Positions 18,497-25,906 of a stretch of 64,000 bases of DNA are shown here, piece by piece. Source of the stretch: Clostridia bacterium (GTDB taxonomy: Bacteria > Bacillota > Clostridia > TANB77 > CAG-508). Within the stretch, counting starts at the first letter, position 1, and each line of letters opens with the position of its first letter. The stretch is taken from positions 160,229 through 224,228 of the forward strand of contig JAFUGK010000014.1 in the NCBI GenBank assembly GCA_017469445.1, written 5' to 3'. The notes beneath the pieces are model-generated. The model was not told the origin of the DNA. It ran no database searches and saw only the letters and a list, made by a program, of their open reading frames with translations. The position numbers were made by a program, and so were the translations under genes.

Positions 18497-19486
18497 TTAC
18501 TGCAATGCTTTCTTTAGCACATCTATATTTCTAGTCATTAAGCTAACCCATGTCTCTCCATTTCTATAATCATCTAAACTTATATTATGAAGAGTTTGAA
18601 TTTGCATTGTTTCACAGCCATTTCCTATATCATTTGCAATTGTTCTTGCCACTATACCAGGATTTAATTCTATGTATAATACAACTGGTATATTCTCTTC
18701 TCTTACTTTATTTTCTAAATATGCAATTGTTTTTGCAGAAGGATCTGTTTCTGAGCTACATCCATTAAATGCAGCGCTTACTTTTAAATTATAATAATCT
18801 ATAAAATATTGCATTGGCATTTTATCAGCAAAAATTAATCTATCTCTTACTTTATTATCTACAATATTTTGAATTTTTTCATCAACCTCTTTAATTTGCT
18901 CAATATATTTATCTGCATTTTCTTTATACTTATTAGCATTTTCTTCATCAATATCTTCCATTGTTTTTTCTAATGCAGTTATCATTTTTATTGCATTTTC
19001 TGGTGATGTCCATATATGCTCATCAAAAGCGCCTTCCTTATGTTCCTCGTGATGTTCTTCTCCTTCTTCATGATGTTCATTATCATCTTCAGCGCCATCA
19101 ATTTCTTTTTCTTCTATTGTTTCTACAAAATCTGCTATACATACTATTTTGTTTCCTTCTGTATTTAGAGATTCTAAAACTTTATCAGACCATTTTTCCA
19201 TTTCTCCGCCTACATATACAAATAAATCTGAATTTTGTATTTTTATTAAATCTTGTGCTGTTGGATCATAACTATGTGCATCTTTACCAGGCCCTAATAA
19301 AAATGATAATTCCACATCTTTGTTATCTCCTATAATTGCTCTTAAAAAATCGTAACTGGCAAAATTGCTTGAAACCACTTTGAATTTTGTTTTTGCATTT
19401 TCCTTGTTGTTTCCTCCAATAGCAATTGCAATTACTGATCCTATTACAATAACTATCGCTAATACAATTAAAACTATTTTTTTCAT
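18497..19486 (-). CDS. znuA: Zinc ABC transporter substrate-binding protein with a His/acidic loop
   Basis: It has a cluster A-I SBP fold. The loop DDNEHHEEGEEHHEEHKEGAFDEH is characteristic of ZnuA/AdcA-type zinc binders. A Fur-family box lies upstream. Confidence 0.8.
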   Translation of the reverse strand: MKKIVLIVLAIVIVIGSVIAIAIGGNNKENAKTKFKVVSSNFASYDFLRAIIGDNKDVELSFLLGPGKDAHSYDPTAQDLIKIQNSDLFVYVGGEMEKWSDKVLESLNTEGNKIVCIADFVETIEEKEIDGAEDDNEHHEEGEEHHEEHKEGAFDEHIWTSPENAIKMITALEKTMEDIDEENANKYKENADKYIEQIKEVDEKIQNIVDNKVRDRLIFADKMPMQYFIDYYNLKVSAAFNGCSSETDPSAKTIAYLENKVREENIPVVLYIELNPGIVARTIANDIGNGCETMQIQTLHNISLDDYRNGETWVSLMTRNIDVLKKALQ

Positions 19487-19508
19487 TATATAATACCTCT
19501 GTTCAATT

Positions 19509-19551
19509 TGAAAATCGTTTTCATTTTACTACTTTTTTTAGTTTTTGTCAA
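19509..19551 (-). promoter_or_regulatory. znuA promoter with an overlapping Zur/Fur-family box
   Basis: On the minus strand: TTGACA (19551-19546), a 17-nt spacer, then TAAAAT (19528-19523). This is immediately followed by the palindrome TGAAAACGATTTTCA (19523-19509; 6-bp arms with a 3-nt spacer). Confidence 0.6.
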
Positions 19552-19609
19552 TATTTATCCATTATTATATTTACCATAAATAAATAATTTTTATTTTATT
19601 ATCTATATC

Positions 19610-19730
19610 TTGAATTACATTTGAAATAATATTATAATAAATGAAAAGAAAAGGAATGATACAAATGATGTTTTATATAGAATCTGAAAATATTTATAAA
19701 AAACCTATTCTAAAAAATAGAATAGGTTTT
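19610..19730 (+). other. Possible small plus-strand transcription unit (sRNA or micro-ORF)
   Basis: TTGAAT (19610-19615), a 17-nt spacer, then TATAAT (19633-19638). About 60 nt later there is a perfect hairpin, aaaacctattct..agaataggtttt (19700-19730), followed by a T-run. The only reading frames are very short (for example MMFYIESENIYKKP...). Confidence 0.25.
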
Positions 19731-19864
19731 TCCTTTAAATGTTAATTTTTTTACATTTTTTCTAAACTTGATTAGATAAATACATTAAAAATATCATAAC
19801 TATTGCTATAAGTATTAAAAAAATTATAATTTTAATATGCTTCTTCTTTTCTGCAAAAATTGTT

Positions 19865-19969
19865 AATAATTAATAGTGAATAATACAAATGTGCTTCTTT
19901 GAGCCATGTTCAAATTATTCACTATTAATTATTCATTATTCACTATTCATTGCGATACGAAGTATCGCA
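19865..19969 (-). terminator. tRNA-Leu 3-prime module: a GC hairpin plus a 20-bp AT-rich perfect inverted repeat
   Basis: The GC hairpin is tgcgatac-gaa-gtatcgca (19951-19969), 4 nt after the CCA end. The inverted repeat is aataattaatagtgaataat (19865-19884) / attattcactattaattatt (19914-19933), followed by a T-run on the minus strand. Confidence 0.55.
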
Positions 19970-19973
19970 CATT

Positions 19974-20056
19974 TGGTGCCCGAGGTGGGACTCGAACCCA
20001 CATGGTTTCCCGCACGATTTTGAGTCGTGTGCGTCTGCCAATTCCGCCACTTGGGC
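19974..20056 (-). tRNA. tRNA-Leu (anticodon CAA), long variable arm, CCA encoded
   Basis: The minus-strand sequence is GCCCAAGTGGCGGAATTGGCAGACGCACACGACTCAAAATCGTGCGGGAAACCATGTGGGTTCGAGTCCCACCTCGGGCACCA. It has a T-arm GTGGG-TTCGAGT-CCCAC and an anticodon loop CTCAAAA. One A-C mismatch occurs in the acceptor stem. Confidence 0.85.
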
Positions 20057-20060
20057 ATTT

Positions 20061-20085
20061 AAAGGAATGAGAAACTCATTCCTTT
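20061..20085. terminator. Hairpin between the surface-protein gene and tRNA-Leu
   Basis: aaaggaatgag aaa ctcattccttt perfect 11-bp stem. Confidence 0.6.
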
Positions 20086-20120
20086 AATATATTAACATAT
20101 TTTTTATTTGTTGTCTAGAC

Positions 20121-21455
20121 CTATTCCTCTTTATTTTCTGTTTCACTTTCTTTATTTTCTTCAGTTTCAGATATTTCTTCTTCAACTTCTACATTATTTT
20201 TTCTTTTGCTTCTAACTATTGCTATTATTAATGCTATTATTGCAACTATAATTGCTGTTGCAATTGCAGCTATTATTGCAAGTTGTGTAATTAATGTATC
20301 TGATAATGCTGAAGTAGGTTTCATTTCTACTTTATTTACCACAATTTGATATATTTTTGTATCTTCGCCAATTTTAACCATAACAGTAACATTATTTATA
20401 CCATCTTTTAATTCTTTATTTCCCATAACTTCGATACTTGCTTGGCTTCCTGCTTCTACATTTACTTCTACTTCTGTTGCAGTTAAAGGAACTGCAACTT
20501 GATATTCATATTCATTTTCATTAAATACTGGCATTAATTCTGGTTCAAATGTTTTTCCATCTTCTACTTTTGCAATTACATTTAACCCTGTTATTCCTAA
20601 TACCTTTTGTTCAGTTGGTTCTTCTTCTTTTTCTGGTTCTTCGGCTGGGATTTCTTCTACTGGTGTTTCTTCAATAGGTTGTTCTTCTACAGGCTCTTCT
20701 ACTTTGTTTTCTTCTTCTCTAGTTATATACATAGTATATGTTTTTGTTGTTCCATCTTCTGCTGTACATGTTACTTTTACTGTATTACTTCCTACTTTTA
20801 ATGACTCATTTCCTGTTCCAGATATTTTTTGAGAGCTCTCTTGCTTTTCTGCATAAACTTCTACTTCAGATGTTTCATATGGCACTGTAACATAATATGT
20901 TGTTACTGAAGGTTTAAAATTTTTAAAATCATTTGGTCTAATTCCTAGCATTTTTAATTTATTATTACTTGATTTAGAAGATTCTTTAGGCTCTTGTGTT
21001 GTTGGTTTATTTTCAGCTGGTTTCTCTGTTGTTGTGGAAGTATCTGGTTTTTCTTCTGCTGGTTTTGGTTCTTCTGCTGGCTTTTCAACTGGTTTATTTA
21101 CTGTAACAGTTACAGATTGATCTGGATATGCTTTTGTTTCATTTGCATCTGTTACATTTCCAGAAATTTTAACTACATAAGTTCCTGCACTAGATGTATC
21201 TAGTGAATATGTTTTTGTTGTTTTTTGATTTTCAGCATCCCCATTATAACCTACTATTGAATCTGTTATACCACTTCCATTTACTTTTACATCCCAAGCT
21301 GCTGCATTTATATTAACTGTTATTGTTACACTTTCTCCAACATTTACACTAGTTTTATTTGCACTTATATTGGCTGTTGCAGCTTTTACATTTGTTATTC
21401 CAAATGCAAGTAAAATAAGTAAAGTAAATAATAATATTTTTATTGATTTTTTCAT
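20121..21455 (-). CDS. Cell-surface protein: signal peptide, Ig-like N-domain, Pro/Glu/Thr linkers, two cadherin-like beta-sandwich domains, C-terminal TM anchor
   Basis: The cadherin-like domains read LKMLGIRPNDFKNFKPSVTTYYVTVPYETSEVEVYAEK...TYTMYITRE and ITGLNVIAKV...YEYQVAVPLTATEVEVNVEA...IYQIVVNK. The C-terminal anchor is IIAAIATAIIVAIIALIIAIV, followed by an acidic tail. I prefer the ATG at 21455. Confidence 0.65.
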   Translation of the reverse strand: MKKSIKILLFTLLILLAFGITNVKAATANISANKTSVNVGESVTITVNINAAAWDVKVNGSGITDSIVGYNGDAENQKTTKTYSLDTSSAGTYVVKISGNVTDANETKAYPDQSVTVTVNKPVEKPAEEPKPAEEKPDTSTTTEKPAENKPTTQEPKESSKSSNNKLKMLGIRPNDFKNFKPSVTTYYVTVPYETSEVEVYAEKQESSQKISGTGNESLKVGSNTVKVTCTAEDGTTKTYTMYITREEENKVEEPVEEQPIEETPVEEIPAEEPEKEEEPTEQKVLGITGLNVIAKVEDGKTFEPELMPVFNENEYEYQVAVPLTATEVEVNVEAGSQASIEVMGNKELKDGINNVTVMVKIGEDTKIYQIVVNKVEMKPTSALSDTLITQLAIIAAIATAIIVAIIALIIAIVRSKRKNNVEVEEEISETEENKESETENKEE

Positions 21456-21486
21456 TAATAACATCCTTTCTACACTATAACCTATT

Positions 21487-23652
21487 TTATATTGTTATAG
21501 TAGCTGTTCCTTTAAGGTATTTTACTATTCTTAGTAAATCAGCAGAATCTACCATACCATCATTATTAGCATCTCCAGATTTTTCTATTTCAATAAGCTT
21601 AATACCTTTTAAATGTTTTACTATTTTTAATAAATCTGATGAATCTATTGTGCCATCCCCATCAGCATCTCCTAGTTTTATTACTACATATTCTACTTCA
21701 TCAATTAAAACTTTATTCCCTGTTGCCAGTAATTTTGTAGAATCTTCAATTTTATTTCCATCTTTATCTTTTGCAATAGCATTTTCACTTTTAGCTATCA
21801 AATCGCTTACTTTTGCCGTTGGTTCACATTTAATAATTTTATTTTCTGCATCAATCGCTATCATATCAGTATTTGGCTTAGGTTCTTCTTTTTTCTTTAC
21901 TAGTTGTAAATATTCTGATGATGCATATCCAACAACTCCATCAAATGTTTTTACTTTTGACCACTGCACTCCATTTGCATTTGAAACATTTTCTTCTAGT
22001 CTAATTGCTAATGCGCCTTTTGGTATCTTGCATAAAATATTTTTATCTGTACCTGGTTCTTCTCTTAATGATAATGGATAATTTTGTGTTATTACTTTTA
22101 CAATATCGCCCTCATAACTCTTAATTTCATTTACAAGAGCTACTGAAATTATATAGCCCTGCACTCCATCTGGTAATTTAACCCTGTCCCATGTATATCC
22201 ATCTAATGTATATTTTGCCTTGTCTATTATTGTTAATTGCTCTCCTATTGCAATATTTTTTACAATTTCAGTTTGAGAACTACCTGGACCATTTCTTAAA
22301 TTAGTTATAGCATTTGTATATGCTACCTCATTGCATGTAATAACATCATTAATTTTTTCTACAAATTGATTTGAAATATATCCTATTGTTCCATTAGGCA
22401 AAACAACTTTATCCCAAACATATCCATTTACCTGCTCTAAGCCTTGCTCAATTCTAAGTAAAATATCTCCTCCATTTACTTTAGCAATTGCTTCAGAATT
22501 TGTAGTTTTATCCTTTCTAATATTTATATCTGTATGTCCTGATTTTATAATAATATTATCTGTTACTATTCTACTTACTGTAGTTGGCATAGCACATGGA
22601 TAATATGGCATATTTTCATACACTGGAATAATAAAATTATAATTATTATCTAAAACTCCTAAAGAATTATATGATCTATATATTGACTTTCCCTCTGATT
22701 CTGCTGCTTGAATATTTGCTTGATATTGATGCCTATATAGTGAACCACTTTCTTGGCTTACATTAAATTTTTCTAAATATAATGTATCCTGTCCCTTAGA
22801 TATGTATGATGATGCAATTATTTCAGCTCCACCTTTTATAGCAGCCTCTGGGCTTGTCCAGCCGTGGTCATTTGCATATTTTAAACCTCTTGTAATTGCT
22901 CCTTGCCCTGTTGATGCTCCAATATTAAAAAAGTTATATAATCCTTTATATCCATCAACATTTCCTGTTGCAGAATTGCTTGGGCCTCCACCTTGTATTA
23001 CAATTTCTTGTCTTATTCTTGCAGCCAAATGATATGGGCTTACTCTTTTAGTTATTCCTGCCTCATTAATTATTTGAGCAAATGTACTATCTGTATAGTT
23101 TGCATTATTATAATAACTTCTTGGTGAAGTATTTGCCATAAATGTTCCTGCTAGTATTTTTTCAATTCCTGTCTCTGTATACAAATCATCTGTATAAGAT
23201 AATCTTTCAAATTGGAAAATTTGGTTTTCATATAAGAAATTTCTTGGATCTATATAATAACTAATTGCTTTTATAGATGGGCAATGCCAATCGCTTCCTT
23301 CGTATACTCTTGGTGTACCATCATCATTTAAGCAAGATGCTTCTGTACATAACCATGCCCCAGACTTTCCTTCAATTAAGTTATCTCCATGATTTAGCAT
23401 TTCGTTATATATAACATCATTCCAATTTAAACCTGTATAAAAAAGTGTAAAATTCCAGCTAGAATGTGCAGCCTTTAAATTTTTTAGTAGAGCTTTATAT
23501 CCTGGATATCTTGATTCATCTATATTATCTAAATTAGTATTTTCTCTATATTGACTTCCATAAGAAATAATAGGAAGCATAATTGACATTATTAGAATTA
23601 AAACTAGAACTATTGCTATATTTTTCATAAAAATACTAGCCTTTTTTCTCAT
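21487..23652 (-). CDS. Cell-wall hydrolase: GH73-type N-acetylglucosaminidase + three SH3b domains + C-terminal type I dockerin
   Basis: 721 aa. A glucosaminidase region (SPYHLAARIRQE, GLYNFFNIGA) is followed by repeated SH3_3 modules (GY.WDKV.LP.G..GY). The dockerin duplicated EF-hand is GDADGDGTIDSSDLLKIVKHLKG / GDANNDGMVDSADLLRIVKYLKG. Confidence 0.75.
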   Translation of the reverse strand: MRKKASIFMKNIAIVLVLILIMSIMLPIISYGSQYRENTNLDNIDESRYPGYKALLKNLKAAHSSWNFTLFYTGLNWNDVIYNEMLNHGDNLIEGKSGAWLCTEASCLNDDGTPRVYEGSDWHCPSIKAISYYIDPRNFLYENQIFQFERLSYTDDLYTETGIEKILAGTFMANTSPRSYYNNANYTDSTFAQIINEAGITKRVSPYHLAARIRQEIVIQGGGPSNSATGNVDGYKGLYNFFNIGASTGQGAITRGLKYANDHGWTSPEAAIKGGAEIIASSYISKGQDTLYLEKFNVSQESGSLYRHQYQANIQAAESEGKSIYRSYNSLGVLDNNYNFIIPVYENMPYYPCAMPTTVSRIVTDNIIIKSGHTDINIRKDKTTNSEAIAKVNGGDILLRIEQGLEQVNGYVWDKVVLPNGTIGYISNQFVEKINDVITCNEVAYTNAITNLRNGPGSSQTEIVKNIAIGEQLTIIDKAKYTLDGYTWDRVKLPDGVQGYIISVALVNEIKSYEGDIVKVITQNYPLSLREEPGTDKNILCKIPKGALAIRLEENVSNANGVQWSKVKTFDGVVGYASSEYLQLVKKKEEPKPNTDMIAIDAENKIIKCEPTAKVSDLIAKSENAIAKDKDGNKIEDSTKLLATGNKVLIDEVEYVVIKLGDADGDGTIDSSDLLKIVKHLKGIKLIEIEKSGDANNDGMVDSADLLRIVKYLKGTATITI

Positions 23653-23805
23653 TGTATCCTCCTAATTTATCGAAATATGTAATTTTTCATAATTAGAGTA
23701 TACCATTGTTATAAATATTAAGTCAATAGAATATTCTTCCTTTACAAAAATGTAAAGAAAATGTAACATTTTAGACATAAAAATTTAAATATTAACAAAA
23801 GCCAT

Positions 23806-23887
23806 GAGGATGTTTTAAGGGACACCTACCAAAAACAGCTTGGAAAAATCCAAGCTGTTTTTGGTAGGTGTCCCTTAAAACATCCTC
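23806..23887. repeat. P2 palindromic repeat, copy a: perfect hairpin with a stem of about 39 bp, 6 nt after the tsf stop
   Basis: gaggatgttttaagggacacctaccaaaaacagcttgga aaaa tccaagctgtttttggtaggtgtcccttaaaacatcctc. The core GGGACACCTACC(A/G)AAAACAG is shared with 33072-33140 and, in diverged form, with 25766-25831. Confidence 0.85.
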
Positions 23888-23893
23888 GTTAAA

Positions 23894-24772
23894 CTATTTA
23901 ATTTGTTTCATAACTTCTTCAGCAAAGTTTTCTTCTCTTTTTTCTAGTCCTTCACCTTTTTCCATTCTAACAAATCTTACAATTTCGCCATCTTCTTGTT
24001 TTAATAAATCTTTTACTTTAATATCTGGATTTTTAACAAAAGCTTGATCTACTAAACAAATTTCTCCATAGAATTTTCCAATTCTACCTTGAACCATTTT
24101 TTCAGCTATTTCAGCAGGTTTTCCTTCATTCATAGCTTGTGCTTTTAATATTTCCATTTCTTTTGCTAGTACGTCTGCAGGAACTGCTTGTTCATCTAAA
24201 TATTCTGGTCTTGCTGCTGCTATTTGCATACAAATATCTTTAGCTAAGTTATCATTTCCTTTAGGCATATCTACTAATACACCTATTTTTCCATCTCCAT
24301 GTATATAGCTTCCAACTAATCCTGTGCTTTCATATCTAACAAATCTTCTTATAGACATATTTTCACCGATTGTTGCTATTTTATCTGTTAAAACTTCTTG
24401 TACTGTTTTTCCAGCTTCAAATATAGCTTCTTGTGCTAGTAAAGCATCTACATCTGCTGGATTTTTATCTACAACTTGTTTTGCAACATTTGCAACAAAA
24501 TCTCTAAATTCTTGGTTTTTAGCGACAAAGTCTGTTTCAGCATTAACTTCAACAACTGCTCCTATTTTTTTATCATCAGAAACTAGAGCATATACTAAAC
24601 CTTCTGCTGCTATTCTATCAGATTTCTTTGCAGCTTTTGCAATTCCTCTTTCACGTAAAAGTTCCATTGCTTTTTCCATATCTCCATCAGTTTCTGTTAA
24701 AACTTTTTTGCAGTCCATCATTCCTGCACCTGTTTTTTCTCTTAAAGATTTTACTTGTTCTGCTGTAATCAT
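23894..24772 (-). CDS. tsf: Elongation factor Ts
   Basis: The N-terminal UBA-like sequence is MITAEQVKSLREKTGAGMMDCKKVL. It follows rpsB. Confidence 0.95.
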   Translation of the reverse strand: MITAEQVKSLREKTGAGMMDCKKVLTETDGDMEKAMELLRERGIAKAAKKSDRIAAEGLVYALVSDDKKIGAVVEVNAETDFVAKNQEFRDFVANVAKQVVDKNPADVDALLAQEAIFEAGKTVQEVLTDKIATIGENMSIRRFVRYESTGLVGSYIHGDGKIGVLVDMPKGNDNLAKDICMQIAAARPEYLDEQAVPADVLAKEMEILKAQAMNEGKPAEIAEKMVQGRIGKFYGEICLVDQAFVKNPDIKVKDLLKQEDGEIVRFVRMEKGEGLEKREENFAEEVMKQIK

Positions 24773-24797
24773 AAGTAAATCCCCCTCTACATATTTA

Positions 24798-25586
24798 TTA
24801 TTCTTCTTCGTTTGCTACAACTTCTTCAATTGTTGTAGGTTCTTCAGCTACTTCTTCTTGTTGTTCTGCAGTTTCTTCTACCATAGTTGTATCTTGTACA
24901 ACTTCACCTTGTCTTCCTTCAATAACTGCATTTGCCATAACATCTGCTATTAATTTAACAGCACGAATTGCATCATCATTTCCAGGTATTGCATAGTCAA
25001 CATCTTCTGGATTACAGTTTGTATCAACTAATCCTACTACTGGAATGTGTAATTTTCTAGCTTCTAATATTGCTATTCTTTCTTTTTTAGGATCAACTAT
25101 GAAAAGTGCTCCTGGTAATTTTGTCATTTCTTTAATTCCACCAAGGTTCTTTTCTAACTTTTCCATTTCTTTCTTTAAAACAATTACTTCTTTTTTAGGT
25201 AACATATCAAATGTTCCATCTGCTTGCATTGTTTCTAATTTTTTTAGTCTTTCTACTCTATTTCTAATAGTATCAAAGTTTGTAAGCATTCCACCTAACC
25301 ATCTTTGGTCAACATAGAACATATTGCATCTTAAAGCTGCATCTTTAACACATTCTTGTGCTTGTTTCTTTGTACCTACAAATAGAATATCCTTTCCTTC
25401 CTCAGCTTGCTCTTTTATAAAAGCATAAGCCTCGTCTAATTTTTTTGATGTTTTTTGTAAATCGATAATATGGATTCCATTTCTAGCTTGAAATATGTAT
25501 TCAGCCATTTTAGGATCCCATCTTCTTGTTTGATGTCCAAAATGAACACCTGCTTCTAAAAGTTGTTTCATAGCTACTACTGCCAT
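24798..25586 (-). CDS. rpsB: 30S ribosomal protein S2 (with an acidic C-terminal tail)
   Basis: [19 protein letters not shown] is present, along with other typical S2 motifs. The C-terminal 40 aa are Glu-rich. Confidence 0.95.
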   Translation of the reverse strand: MAVVAMKQLLEAGVHFGHQTRRWDPKMAEYIFQARNGIHIIDLQKTSKKLDEAYAFIKEQAEEGKDILFVGTKKQAQECVKDAALRCNMFYVDQRWLGGMLTNFDTIRNRVERLKKLETMQADGTFDMLPKKEVIVLKKEMEKLEKNLGGIKEMTKLPGALFIVDPKKERIAILEARKLHIPVVGLVDTNCNPEDVDYAIPGNDDAIRAVKLIADVMANAVIEGRQGEVVQDTTMVEETAEQQEEVAEEPTTIEEVVANEEE

Positions 25587-25738
25587 TTTAAAATTCCTCC
25601 CTTTTTGTTATACATCCATAGACCTTTAAATTCGCTAAAAGCTCACTTATTATATATAAGCACAAACCCTAGCTAAGCCTATGTGTTTATTTTAACTGTT
25701 ATAGTATATCAAATTTTTTTAGATTTAGCAATACTTTG

Positions 25739-25760
25739 GTGAAAAATAATTGTGTTTTTC
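25739..25760. repeat. 22-bp perfect direct repeat, right copy (gtgaaaaataattgtgtttttc)
   Basis: It is identical to 27555-27576 and lies 6 nt upstream of the putative rpsB -35 element (TTGCTA on the minus strand). Confidence 0.85.
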
Positions 25761-25765
25761 GACCA

Positions 25766-25831
25766 AAAATTGGACACACCCCAAAATCTGGTTAATATTT
25801 CCTAACATGTTTTTGGTATGTGTCCAATTTT
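25766..25831. repeat. P2 palindromic repeat, copy c (diverged), downstream of the pilin-like gene
   Basis: aaaattggacacaccccaaaa ... ttttggtatgtgtccaatttt. The right arm reads GGACACATACCAAAAACATG on the minus strand and resembles the P2 core. Confidence 0.65.
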
Positions 25832-25906
25832 CGCTTTTTACACTTAAGCATGCAAATCCATTGTCCTGCTATTCTTATTTATTTATAAACTCTGGTTCGT
25901 TACTCT

